From NCBI GenBank assembly GCA_964016885.1, contig OZ024745.1, positions 17,174,001 through 17,238,000 on the forward strand: a stretch of 64,000 nucleotides of DNA. The letters run 5' to 3'. The notes below the pieces were generated by a model. It was not told the DNA's origin, searched no databases, and saw nothing but the letters and a program-made list of their open reading frames with translations. This document shows, piece by piece, positions 1-12,908 of this stretch; position 1 is the stretch's first letter, and every line of letters begins with the position of its first letter. The position numbers and the translations under genes were made by a program. Source of the DNA: Eledone cirrhosa (taxonomy: Eukaryota).

Positions 1-2762
1 CAAGAATCTCCGAAGCACGGGCCTTCGCACCGATCTTCGGCGGCTACGATGTGTACTCATCTCCTAGCCGTCCTGGATCGGGAGAGGAGTTGCTGTGCTT
101 TTTCGGAGAGATTTGGATCTCGCTATACGGGCCATCTTCCTGGACCCAGAAGGTAAGTTGGTTGTGCTGGACGTGATCAGCGGAGACGGGCAAGCTTTCA
201 GGCTAGTGTCCGTCTATGCCCCGACAGGAGCAGGGCGGCCTGATTTCTTCCGGCGTCTGGATACCTTTCTTGGGACGTCCCGGTCGTTAGTGTTAGTGGG
301 CGACTGGAACGGGATCTTAGATGCACGCTGGGACTGTGTGGGATTAGCGGATAGGGGAGGAGGGTCCAAAAGCCTCACCAACCTGCTCAGGCGTTTTGAA
401 CTGTCTGACAGGTACCGATTGGATTTCCCGAATGTGCCAATGTGGACACGGACTAACTGTATTGGGTCATCCAGATCATTTCTAGATAGAGTATTTTGTA
501 GTGAAATAGATAGGTCTAGCATAGGCTGTCCACAATTCAAGATAGTCAACTACAGGGACCACAAATTCGTGATCTGTGTAGTTGACTTAGGCTTCATATA
601 CAAGGACCCGTCTACTAGAAGCTAAACGCGTCGTTACCAGGGCGCAAGACCTACAGAGGCCGGATTAGCGAACTAGTTAAGCGGGCGTTGACGGGCGCCA
701 TCGTCAACAACAAGTGGTGGTTTGCTCGGAAAAGAGCGATTAGAATATAATCCATTAGGTTTAGTAAGGCTTTAGCAATAGAGAAAAATAGAGCAGAGGA
801 GAACTAGTTAGAAAATTAGACGAGGCGCTTAGCAAAGGCATCGCGACCGACGTACTTGCGGCGAAATTGGCCCTTGACCAATTCTTCAATGCAAAGCACG
901 AAGGCTGCGTTGCCCGAGTGGCGGAGGCGCGTCATGGCAACAAAGCCACGATCCGGTCTTTGGTGGAGAACAACGGGAGCATACTACACGATCCCGGGCA
1001 AATGTGTGAAGCTTTTCAGCGACACTGCGCTGTTCGAGGCAGCGGCGGGCCGGATCGAGGGATGGACTTTAGTGTCTACCTCAACGGACTGCTGCGGCTG
1101 TCAGCCACTGAGGCAGAGTATTGCGAAAAGCCGATAATAGCAGCTGAAGTACGGGAGGAAATGATTGGCTGCACAAGGGGTAGATCGCCTTGTTTGGATG
1201 GTCTGCCCTATGAATTTTACGTACAGATGCCAGACTTATTCGGAGGCCTCTTGGCGGACGTCTACTGCAACTGGCAACAGAACGGGAGAATTCCCAGCTC
1301 TCTGTGAGCCGAGGAGCGCTGCGCTGCTGAGAAAGGATCCGAACAAAGGGGATAAAATGGATAATTTCAGTCCCATAACTCTGCTAAACACAGAGCTCAA
1401 GGTTTTGGCCACGGTGCTAGCAAAGAGGTTGGCGCTTGTCGTTGGTGGTCTGGAGGGAGAGGCGCAGACATGGGTAATTTCTGACAGATCCATCCACGAC
1501 AATCTCCACCTCATGTGATACATCGAGGAGAGGGTAGCTAGGGAACCTGGCACGGGTGGGTCCTTGAGAAAATTAGATCAGCCGAAAGCTTTCGATAGGG
1601 TCGACCATCGTTATCTGGCGGCAGCCCTGAGGGCGGCTGGCTTTGGGCCCGTCTTCAGAGGGTGGATCGCTGTCATGTACGGCAAAATCTGCTCTGTGGT
1701 GAGAGTGAACGGTCACCTTTCGGAACCGTTCAACAAATGCGCTCGGTCCGCCAAGGATGTCCCCTCTTGTACGTATTGACTCTCGAGCCATTACTACACA
1801 AACTGGAGCCGTTGAGGGGAGGGGGCCGTGAACAGGAGTACGGAAGATCCATGTCAGCATATGCGGACTATATCACCGTAGTGGTGTCGGACGCCAAACA
1901 CATCGAGGCGATAGGCAATACACTATGAGAATACGAATCGGTGACAGGAGCAATGATCAACCAGGAAAAGTCGGTGGGCCTGCAGCTCGGCACCTGGAGA
2001 GGCAGGTCCATGCCGTCCAACAGCGTCGTTGGGCGCTGGACGGACGGACCGGTTAATTTTGTAGGGTTCTGGTTCGGTCAGGACCTCCAGACGGACAAAA
2101 TCTGGGACGAGGTGACGAGCGGGGTGGCTTCTCTGACCCAGAAATGGGCAGAGAGGAAGCTATCCCTGAAAGGTCGAACGGAGGTGGCAAATGCGTAGAT
2201 CGCGTCATCATCTTCTACCGCCTGACCATCGTGCCTTTTCCTAAGGCTTGTCTGACTGCGCTGGAGCGTTTGCTCTTTCGCTTTTTGTGGAAGGGACATG
2301 CTCCGATGGTCTGGCGGTCCATCTGCTGTCAACACCCGCTACGTGGAGGGCTGGGCATGCTGTGGCTAATGATACGCAGAGGGTGATCAGGTGTGGTCGC
2401 CGTTTGCTAGACGCGTCTTTCCTCAGCTTATCTCCGTGACGGAGTTGCCGTCCTGGGTCAAGCGAAGACCGAGGGGGAGCGCTTGGAGACTGTAATGTCT
2501 TCAGGTGCTCACAGCCCTCGACCAGGCGGGCAATGTGATCGCTGGAAACTCCACCTTAACGTTCTATTAAGGATTACTGGAGGGGAAGAGCGACGACGTA
2601 CTTGGGAAAACTCTAGGCGTCGACGAAAATCAACTAGCCAATCTCTTCGGAAGAACTTTCGGGCCGGAGCCTATGAACAACTTCCAGAAATCCCTGGTAT
2701 TGTCCTGTACTGTCCTTAATGTCTATTTTATGTAAACTCTTGTGGTTAATAAAGAAAGCATT
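1..2762 (+). mobile_element. Tx1/L1-clade non-LTR retrotransposon, degenerate ORF2 (APE endonuclease + RT), 5' end outside the window, 3' UTR ending AATAAA + (ATT)n
   Basis: APE motifs in ORF 95-625 (VSVYAP, LVGDWN, WT..SRSFLDRVF, DHKFV). RT motifs across frames: SPCLDGLPYEFY, PITLLNTELKVLATVLAKRL, DQPKAFDRVDH, RQGCPL, AYADYITV, W..RKLSLKGR. Many frameshifts and stops. Confidence 0.92.
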
Positions 2763-2859
2763 ATTATTATATTCCTTATTATTATTATTATAATAATTAT
2801 TTCATTGTTCTTTTTCTTGTTACATCCTCCGTTGTTTTTTTTTTTTTTACACGCAGAAA

Positions 2860-2950
2860 TGCCCATTTGTACCGCCCTGTATTATCCTGTACTGTCTTTA
2901 ATGTCTACTTTGTGTAAACCCTTGTGATTAATAAAGAAATCATTATTAAT
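2860..2950 (+). mobile_element. Second, 5'-truncated copy of the same LINE 3' UTR
   Basis: 2879-2947 repeats 2697-2765 (gtatt.tcctgtactgtc.ttaatgtcta...ttaataaagaaa.cattatt), and both sit in (ATT)n. Confidence 0.8.
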
Positions 2951-2960
2951 ATTATCATTA

Positions 2961-3252
2961 GGTGGTGGATTGGCAGTATCGGTAGAGGGTCGGACGCCAT
3001 GCTTTCCAGCATAGTTACGTCCCTTTACGATCTGAGTTCAAATCCTGCCGAGGTTGACTTTGCCTTTCATCCTTACGGGGTCGATAAAATAAAGTACCAG
3101 TAATGTAGTGGGTGATTGCTGGCCTTGTGCCTAAAGTAGAAACAATTATTCATATTATTATTAGTATTATTTTCTATTCTGTGTTCAAATCCCGCCGAAG
3201 TCAACTTTGCCTTTCATCCTTACGGGGTCGATAAAATAAAGTACCAGTAATG
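2961..3252 (+). mobile_element. tRNA-derived SINE (Meta-domain-like), one full and one partial copy
   Basis: A-box-like tggcagtatcggtag, B-box-like gagttcaaatcc, central gcctttcatccttacggggtcgataaaataaagtaccag, tail aacaattatt. About 17 copies in the window. Confidence 0.88.
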
Positions 3253-3710
3253 AACTTTTCTGTTTCTTCTATACGCGGGTTTCCTGGGATTTGCTATAAG
3301 TAATCATTAGAACCCTTAGGTATCATACTAGAGCGTCCACAACCACTGGTATTGCTTTAGTTCTCAACTTCCACTTTTTTCCAATTTCTATATCCAGGTC
3401 TTTATACTTGCTAAATGTTTCAAATGTTTTTATACACACATACTTGTCTATAGGAACGGACATGTCAATTAGCAGGGATACCCTCTTTTTAAAGTCCTTC
3501 AGTATTACATCAGGTCTATTTGCATCTATTTTCTGGTCTGTTTGGATGTTAAATTGTAATTAAGAGGTGATATTTTTGAAGTACGTGCGGTGGTTGATGC
3601 TCCTACGAATTCTTTTGATGGTTAAAATGCTTACATATAACCCAATGTATGTATTGTGCAGCTCTGTCGGGCCTGTTTAGCTATTTGGATGGAGCTATAG
3701 GACTGGACTA
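3253..3710 (-). mobile_element. 3' fragment of an R4/Dong-like retrotransposon (restriction-like endonuclease domain)
   Basis: Minus-strand translation gives NRPDVILKDFKKRVSLLIDMSVP and SKYKDLDIEIGKKWKLRTKAIPVVV, a PD-D..K RLE signature. Confidence 0.75.
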
Positions 3711-3720
3711 TCATTATTAT

Positions 3721-4099
3721 GGTGGATTGGCAGTATCGGTAGAGGGTCCAACGCCACGTCTTGACACATTGAGTTACGGCCCTTGCCATTCAGAGTTCAA
3801 ATCCCGCCGAGGTTAACTTTGTCTTTCATCCTTACGGGGTCGATAAAATAAAGTACCAGTAATGTACTGGATAATTGCTGGCCTTGTGCCTAAAGCAGAA
3901 ACAATTATTATGGTTGATTGTCAGTATCGGTAGAGGGTCGGACGCCATGCTTTGCCGCATAGAGTTACGGCCCTTGCCATTAAGAGTTCAAATCCCGCCG
4001 AGGTTAACTTTGCCTTTCATCCTTACGGGGTCGATAAAATAAAGTACCAGTAATGCACTGGGTAATTGCTGGCTTTGTGCAAAAAGTAGGAACAATTAT

Positions 4100-4100
<1 letters not shown>
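3721..4100 (+). mobile_element. Two head-to-tail copies of the Meta-domain-like SINE
   Basis: Two ~190-bp units (3721-3908, 3912-4100) with the same A/B boxes, core and tail. Confidence 0.88.
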
Positions 4101-4143
<43 letters not shown>

Positions 4144-4144
4144 C

Positions 4145-4227
<83 letters not shown>

Positions 4228-5180
4228 AGAGAGAGAGAGGGAAAGACAGATAGTGAGGGGGAATTAAATGAAAATATATATAATTTATAATCCATTTCTA
4301 TTAAATATATACTGTCATAATATAAAGGATCAGTCGGAATACTATCAGCATAATAAGTCAATAGAAGGTGCAAAAGAAAAGATAATAGTAATAAATCACA
4401 TAGCAATTTACGTTTACCAAAGAACGCGTAACGCAAACATCAAAAATACCTAGAACCAATCATGTAACTATTCCCCCAATTCTCCTCCCATAATTGGTAT
4501 TTTTTGTAACCAATTATTAAATAATGAGTTCATTTCCTGTATTCATTTCCTAACCAGTATATAAGAATTACGAAAGGCAACACAATTAATTAAGAAGTGT
4601 GTTTGCCAATTATTTTTGTGATTAAGTTTACAATTATTGGATAGGCTGTTGATCATATATACAACGTGAATATATATAGTATGGTTTTGGAAAATATAAT
4701 GGCTGATACAGCTACGTGCAGAAGAACGTTGGGACTATTGTACAGCTTTTTATATTGACGCTGAAAGGAATACAATCGAAACGGAGTGGGACATGTCACA
4801 ATATGTACGGGAAGGAAAACGAATCCCCACATTTAATTATTTCCCAAACACTACATAATATCGGGAAATAAGATGCTTTGTATATATTATGAATATATTT
4901 CACAAGTTGGATATAGTATTCTATGGATTCCATAATCCAATTTACAACATTTTATCAAACAGTAAACCTGTTACATGTATTCCAGACTTATCTTTAGTTT
5001 CGATCACGATATTTAGGTTCTGAGTGTGGCATGAATGTACAGATGGACAGGTGGTAAAGCAGTTATATAACGACTCAAATATGCGTTGAATACACACAAA
5101 CACAGAACCCCCACACACACACGCACGCACACTCACACACACAAGCATACAAACATACATTCATACATATATATATATAT

Positions 5181-5239
<59 letters not shown>

Positions 5240-5243
<4 letters not shown>

Positions 5244-5545
5244 TTTGGGAGGGTCATGCAGCAAATAAGCACACACGCACCTGTTGGATTTCAATTCAAT
5301 TTATTATAAGTTTCCGGTTGGGTGGTTGTGTTGGTTCGATAACCGGAAGGTCAAAATACTTTCGTCACACATTATATGACCTCCTCAATGTCTAGGTTTT
5401 CATTTTGTGTATCTCCTTTGTTCTGTCCTAGACCATCTTATGTTTGTGTGTTTTTATTTGCAGCATGTCCCTCCATAAGTATAATAATATATGTTTCAAC
5501 ACACGTGTTCAGATAAGAAATCTCGCAAAAAAAATTCAAAATTAT
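5240..5545. mobile_element. Short PLE pLTR-type insert with inverted arms and a degenerate HHR (5350-5392, minus); same family as 54190-54740
   Basis: Arms 5240-5276 and 5444-5481 are inverted. Minus strand reads gaca TTGAGGA g gtca..tgac GAAA gtat TT tgac. The 3' tail matches 54660-54735. Flanked by microsatellites. Confidence 0.65.
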
Positions 5546-5599
5546 ACATATATATATATATATATATATAAAGAGAGAGGGCGAGATAGAGAGAGATAG

Positions 5600-5671
<72 letters not shown>

Positions 5672-5869
5672 AGAGAGAGTGTTTGGTGTTGAGTTCTGGG
5701 ATAATTAAGGTACTAGAAGATTCAGAGTGGGTGTATAGAAATGTATAAGCTCGACCACGATGCCATACAATATGAGTCTCGTTTCAGCAAGAGCTTTTTT
5801 AAGGGTGTACAGCCATGGAAAGGGTTGCTGAACACAAGCTGAAACCTCTTGGAATTTTGGTCCGGTTTC

Positions 5870-5971
<102 letters not shown>

Positions 5972-5974
5972 TAT

Positions 5975-6440
5975 AAGGGATTACAAAATATCGTTATAGG
6001 TAATCCAGTTAGAGGTTTTGAATACTTCGTATTATGGATAGTTTTAGCGTACGTCTTGTTTGACTCAACAAGAGGTTTTCGCAGGTGGCGAGTTTATGAG
6101 TTCTCTTGCATTCCTGTGTAAGTTTATCTTGGAGTAATAATATTGAAAGGGTGAAGAATAACATGGTCAACAGTACAAAAAGGGTTTTATTTACAGTCTA
6201 ACAATTGTTTCACTGATGAAGTTGTCTATTAATGATGTTATAATTTGAATTCGTGAAAACTGAACATATTTTAACAGTTTCTCTGATGATCTGGTTAAGT
6301 TAACAACGTATTTAAAATTGAGTGGCACAACGTCACGTGTTCAGCAATTTTTAAACAACTTAATTAGTGAAACAATTGTTAGACTGTAAATGAAACCATT
6401 TTTTGTACTGTTGACCATCTTAGTCTTCACTCTTTCAATA
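5975..6440. mobile_element. pLTR-type insert in (TA)n with ~85-bp inverted arms (6141-6222 / 6354-6439)
   Basis: Arms are reverse complements, there is (TA)n on both sides, and it contains an HHR. Confidence 0.7.
6275..6386 (+). ncRNA. Minimal type-I hammerhead ribozyme with long stem II
   Basis: cagtttct CTGATGA t ctggttaagtt...aacttaattag t GAAA caattg TT agactg. Stem II is 11 bp with G-U pairs; stem III is the palindrome ACAATTGT. Confidence 0.7.
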
Positions 6441-6454
6441 TATATATATATATG

Positions 6455-6573
<119 letters not shown>

Positions 6574-8516
6574 AAATTTATATGTATATATGTGTGTATG
6601 TATTGTTGTTAAGGACGTCAAAATATGTTTAGATATTTCAGAGTTTCATTTTACGAGGTACATGCGTTAAGGTATTTCTTTTGCACACCATCGGTTATAT
6701 TTATTCAAACAAGTTTTGTGAATAAAGCTGGATAAAATAGCGTGTAGAAATGTGTTTAAAGAAATTTCTTTTTCAGTAGAAGAACTTTATATTCTTTGCT
6801 TTGAGAAGCCATTCCGAACCTATTTATCATCACATCAGCAAACTAATCGTATTTACGGTCGATTTCTGAAGTGTAATATTAATGTGAATCCCGTTCTTAT
6901 TTTGATACGGGCAACGCTTTCACCTTTTATTGATCGGCATTTAAAATACCATTACTGTATTAGCTGGATCTCACTTTCTAATGCAGGTGTTGAAGAGTGT
7001 GAATATGTTTACCTAAATACATCATACATTTTCCACTTACGTTTTCCTATTTTCATTTTCAGGTGCACAAAAACGTTCGTTGTAGTATATTTTTTCTCTT
7101 TCGGAAAGATTATTTCATCTACTTAAAAGATGCACAATAAACAAATATTAAATATAGGGAGAAATGCATCAGCTAGCTTTATATAGGAATCAATATTTGT
7201 GGAATAAGTATTATGTACAATTATATCAATTTAGATGGAAATTATATGCATTACTGACTTCAAGTAAAAGTAAAATTCATAAAATATAAAATCCTTTCGT
7301 CGAAGAAGTGTGCCGTAGGGAATAGCCTTTAAAGTATATCAACAACCTAAATATATAATATAATTCACTTATGTCAGAAGTTAAATTGGTACTATATATT
7401 GACTGCAATTTTCTTGGTGTATGAAACAAAATATCAGTAATAATTTAAAATACATTCTAATAATAAAGAATCAAGTTTATAATCAATCCTGTTCTGTAAA
7501 AAACATGTTATTGAGATATTTTAGTTTCTTGTGAAGTGATACATATTTACATTTATACATTTGTTTCATCACATATATTCAGTTATACACCCTACGAGAT
7601 TTTACTTTTTACTATCGCTTGGATAGAACTGTGAATTAATCATGTATATTATCATATATTTGAAAACACTATTATACATCTACTTGATACACTGTGTCAT
7701 TTAAAATTTACTGATGCAATTCAGCTTACCTTACGTTTATTACATAGCATTTGTGTTACTTTTATCGTTACATTTTATTGATTCATCTATATTCTAGTGA
7801 TGGAAAGCATGAAGCTGAATTAAGTGCAAAATTGCAGGAGTTGGTGCAGGAGTGCATCAGCTCCTGCATCCGATAATCAGAAGTAGTGGGTAGGCATAAA
7901 ATCCAAACTCACTACCTTGACTTCAGTATAAAGTATAATTAGAAATGGTGCGGAAAAGGGGCCACACAGAGCCTGCCAAAACAAAAACGGAATCAAACAT
8001 GGGTGATATGGGTTTGGTGGGGTTGTGGTTATGCGATATTTCTACAATCCGCTATGTGGTAGAATATTTAAACTCTTATTGACTTTTAGATTTGCATCTT
8101 GTGGTTGATAAAATCACAGGAAACGAATGGAAGCCCTAATAGTTAATATTTCATAAAAATAACGATTATCAAACGAGGTATATATCAATTCGTGCTTATA
8201 GAAGCTAATTTGGGAAGCCATAAAATGCTGTTTCCTTTGTTTACTAATCACTAAACGTTCGCTCAGCCTGAAATAGCGTATTTTGCTTTGGACAAAAGTA
8301 AACAACACAAAATATAACTACTCCATTACCAAAGGTTTCTGGATCGGTCATCAGACAGAGATGTTATGGATAAAATATATGAAATGAGATTTAAAATCAG
8401 TTAAAAATTGGAAGTGAGGCTGGAAAAATAACGGGAAATATACATAACAAAAGAAGGGTGAGAAAAATATGAAGGTATATAGCTGTAAATAAAGGTAATA
8501 TATATATATATAAAGG

Positions 8517-8566
<50 letters not shown>

Positions 8567-8745
8567 CTATAAAAGTAAACAAATATATATATATGATAAT
8601 AATATTTGTTCAGTTGAATAGGAGGTGAATTATATGTGCAAACATTGATAATGCTCCGATGATGCCAAACGAGAGTTTGGAAGAAACGATTGTCAGCTAT
8701 TAAATGATTTGAACACAACTTTGATAATTGCATAATTTATTGATA

Positions 8746-8809
<64 letters not shown>

Positions 8810-8813
<4 letters not shown>

Positions 8814-9776
8814 AAAGAATAGACGTGTAACACACAAGTTATTATATATTGGTAAACGGAATAGAAAATGCTGACAAATTGTTCACAGTGAAAGATAGTT
8901 TAATTAGGAATAAATGAGAATTAGTAAATTGTATTGGTTAGTAATCAGTTTTGGTTTAAAGTTCTACCGGTTGCGCATTTCTAAATGCTTTTCAAAAATA
9001 ATTTTGAGATAGAGCGTCCGTGATGTTTGCTCTGAACTGATTAGTTTTGAGAATTCTATCTGTTTTTATGTTAAAAAAGTGGCTCCAGCGCTACTGAAAT
9101 TGTTTTTTTGCGCCAATTCGTGTTGCAAAAATTCTTGTGGTCAAAACAATTTTGATTGGTCGGTAGAGGTCATGTGAATGTAAAAAATTGATTTTGCGCC
9201 AAGACTGAGAAATGACTCTTTCACAAGAAATATGTGTGAGTGTGTGTGTGTAGTAGTAGTAAAGTGTTCGTTGTTGTGATAATGGTTATCAGGGATGTGT
9301 GTGCGAACAGCAGCCTGTTGACAGTTCAAATGCCTATTAAGACAAGTGTGTGTGTGTGTGTGTGTAGCAGAGTAATTCGTGGTAGAGGGATGGTCAGTAG
9401 GAATGTGTCTGTTAGTGAGTGGGGGATATTTTAACATGTTAAAAGATATTTTTCAGCTCTTGTCTTATACGGAGAAGTGTGTGTGTGTGTGTTTGTGTGT
9501 GTGTATGTGTGTGTGTGTGGGGGGGGGGGGTATGTGTGTGTGTATAAGTCTCTTTGTATGTTAATGTACGCGTGTGTATGTGTGTGTGTATGTGTGTGTG
9601 TGTGTGTGTGTGAGAATGTATGTGTGTGTGTGTGGGTGGAACAGTATTTTTTTCCCTGGTAAAATGGTGTACATTATTCGATATTTTCAGTAAAATCGAT
9701 TCTCTCAATAGAACATTAAAAATCTTAACAATAAAAGGTGTGAAATGATATTCACTATATATATACATACATATAT

Positions 9777-9866
<90 letters not shown>

Positions 9867-11599
9867 TATTTCGTCTTAGGGAGAAGTGTTTGGACGGGGT
9901 CCGTATTTGTTAATAAAGTAAGATTCCTTGCTGATGCGCTGGGTGTGGGTGGCATTATCTTTAAATTTGTAGGGGGGAAAGATTCTGAAGTTGGGATGAT
10001 TTTGGGTGGCACAGGTATCAATGTGTTCACTCAGTGGTATTTTCCTGTATTCCCATATTTTAATTTGGGATCTATGGACAGTCATGCGTTGGCGGAGGCT
10101 GTATTTGGTCTGGCCTATGTATTGTTCTCGACAACCTGAGCAAGTTAATACATATATTAGATTTTCCGATGCACATGTGAAATTGTGTTTTACTATAAAA
10201 CGTTGTCCTTCTTTGAAATAGAATTCCGAACCCTCTATTAGGTTGATGCAAATGCCACAGTTGGGTCTATCGTATTTTTTACTGTGGGTTTTGTTGTTGT
10301 GGTTGGTGGTACTTTGGCATGTGTAAGGACGTTTTTCATTGACTTAGATTGTCTTTTGCTCTTTATGATATCGTGTGTGCGTAGGATTTGGTTCATTCTA
10401 TGGTCCTTTTTCAACACAGGGATGTTCTGGAGGATGGTGTCAAAGGCCTCATTGTTGAGGGGGTTGTGTGTGGAGATGTATGGAATAGCTTTTAGTTTCG
10501 GTTGATTTACTTTAGGGTGTCTAACGTCCTGGGTACTGAGTTTTAGGGCACGTTGGATTCCATTGTCAATTAGTGATGCAGGGTAGTCTCTGCCTATGAG
10601 TGTGTCCTTTAGTTCTTGTAGCCGTAAGTAGCAGGTGTTTTTATTGGAGGCTATAGTACAGATTCTCTTGGCTAAGTTGTAGGGAATATTAATTTTAACG
10701 TGTCTAGGGTGGCAAGAGTTGAAAGGAAGATATTGCTTGGAGTCTGTGGGCTTGTAGTATATGTCTGTTTCTATTTTTTGTTATGGATCTTAATGAGGAT
10801 GTCGAGGAAGGGGAGTTGTTGATGGCTGTATTCCATCGTGAAGTTAATATTCGTGTTGAGCCCAATTATAAGGGTGTGAAATTCTTTAAGTTTTTCCATG
10901 TGTTCCTGCCAAAGGATGAAGCAGTCATCTAGATATCGCTTCCAGTTCCTTCCTATGTGTAAGTGGAGAGTGTTTCCAAATTTGTTTAGGACTTTAGTGT
11001 AGAGGGTGATTTCCAGGTATCCCATGACTAGGTTGGCATAAGTGGGAGCTGTTTTCGTTCCCATAGCGGTCCCAGATTTCTGCCTGTAGGGTTTGTTATT
11101 GAAAACGAAGTAATTGTTCTCCAAGATAAATTTAAGTCCCTCTATCACGAATTCTTTTTTGATGCGTTGTGGGAGTTCATTGTGGTAATTATCCAGCCAG
11201 AATTGGATAGCTTCTATTCCTAGTTTGTGGGGGATGTTGGAGTATAGGTTGACTACATCGAACGTCACTAGTAGGGTTTGTTCAGAAAGTGGCATATTAG
11301 GGAGGTGATTGAGCATATCAATTTTTGCAAGACGAATTGGCGCAAAAAACCAATTTCAATAGCGCTGGAACCACTTTTTTAACATAAAAACAGGTAGAAT
11401 TCCCAAAACTAATCAGATCATAGCAAACATCACGGACGCTCTATCTCAAAATTATTTTTGAAAAGCATTTAGAAATGCGCAACCGGTAAAACTTAAAACC
11501 AAACCTGATTAATAACCAATACAATTACTAATTCTCATTTATTCCTAATTAAACTATCTTTCACTGTGAACAATTTGTCAGCATTTTCTATTCCGTTTA

Positions 11600-11607
<8 letters not shown>
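8810..11607 (-). mobile_element. 5'-truncated Penelope-like element (Neptune-like) with inverted 5' pLTR
   Basis: RT in 10771-11316 (TFDVVNLYSNI, GTAMGT..APTYANL, RYLDDCF). It continues frameshifted to a Cys-rich linker (RPNCGIC) and GIY-YIG (LIYVLTCSGCREQYIGQT..LRQRMTVH) ending at 9876. 11321-11607 is an inverted copy of 8845-9131. (TA)n at both ends. Confidence 0.92.
11455..11491 (+). ncRNA. Variant HHR-like motif in the pLTR (second copy 8961-8997, minus)
   Basis: ttt TTGAAAA gcattt ag aaatgc GCAA ccgg TA aaa. HHR topology with palindrome ACCGGT, but a non-canonical core. Confidence 0.5.
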
Positions 11608-11639
<32 letters not shown>

Positions 11640-11728
11640 AAAATACGGAGGTACTCATATACACACACATATATATATATATACACACACACATACACAC
11701 ATAAATCCATATACATATACACACACAT

Positions 11729-11831
<103 letters not shown>

Positions 11832-11919
11832 ATATACATATATATACTCATAGCATAGACACAGGCGTATTAACATACTAGTCTGTAGATATGTACATAG
11901 GCAAATACAAGGGAAAAAT

Positions 11920-12017
11920 GAAATAAAATAAAATAAAAATAAAATAAAATAAAATAAAATAAAATAAAATAAAATAAAATAAAATAAAATAAAATAAAAT
12001 AAAATAAAAAATAAAAA
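11920..12017 (+). repeat. (AAAAT)n pentanucleotide repeat
   Basis: Directly visible. Confidence 0.95.
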
Positions 12018-12422
12018 TATAGATAAGGGGTCGGAGGAAATGATACAAAAACGTCATACACATAAACGTAAACTGATACATAAATGCAATCACATACGCA
12101 AAACTACATATAGATACATGCGTGTATGTGTCTAGTGAAAGTATAAACATATGGAAGCATGGAAAAATACACAAGTATGCAAACGAACACACACAGATAC
12201 CCACCCACATTATAAAAATATATACATTATATTTATATATATACATTATATACATTATATACAATATATAAATTTCGTTTGCTTTCAAGAAACCACTGGT
12301 AAATGAAATAATTATCTTATGTTGTTTATTACATAATGATTAAGCTCTGTAACCTGCATAGAACACTTTTTCCTGGACCTTTCCGACGGAATTACTTCAT
12401 TTACACACATATATATATATAT

Positions 12423-12845
12423 GTAGTAGGTGAGTAAAATTGTAGAACAATAAAACTATGCATATATCAGATAAGAAGCACTCAACATTTGGTAGAACTG
12501 GAGTGTATATTATAGAAGAAATTAGAAGATGGTTAAAAAAGTTCCATATATTTTATTATGCGCATTTCGAAAACAACATCATCATGGGACAAAAATTGTG
12601 TTCCCATCAGATAAAATAAGGTAACATGATATGAGGCCTAAAAACACTTGTGAACAGGAAACTGTCCAGTCTACATATGTAGTTGGACACTTTCTGCATA
12701 TGTAGACTGGACAATTAAGCCTCATATCATGTTACCTTATTTTATCTGATGAGAACACAATTTTTGTCCCAGGATGATGTTGTTTTCAAAATGCGCATAA
12801 TAAAATATATGGAACTTTTTTAACCATCTTTTAATTTCTTCTTTT
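12423..12845. mobile_element. pLTR-only hairpin insert in (TA)n with ~125-bp inverted arms, each carrying an HHR
   Basis: 12514-12637 is the reverse complement of 12717-12841, with an inner inverted repeat tgtccagtctacatatg / catatgtagactggaca. Confidence 0.8.
12739..12806 (+). ncRNA. Minimal hammerhead ribozyme (inverted twin at 12550-12617, minus)
   Basis: attttat CTGATGA gaacac..gttttc (A/G)AAA tgcgca TA ataaaat. Stem I is 7 bp, palindrome ATGCGCAT. Each copy has one different core mutation; the consensus is canonical. Confidence 0.75.
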
Positions 12846-12846
12846 A

Positions 12847-12906
<60 letters not shown>

Positions 12907-12908
<2 letters not shown>

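Noticed and set aside
8170-8275. Possible host exon (tttcag acceptor on the minus strand)
   Set aside because: No recognisable protein similarity or donor site; unsupported without transcript data.
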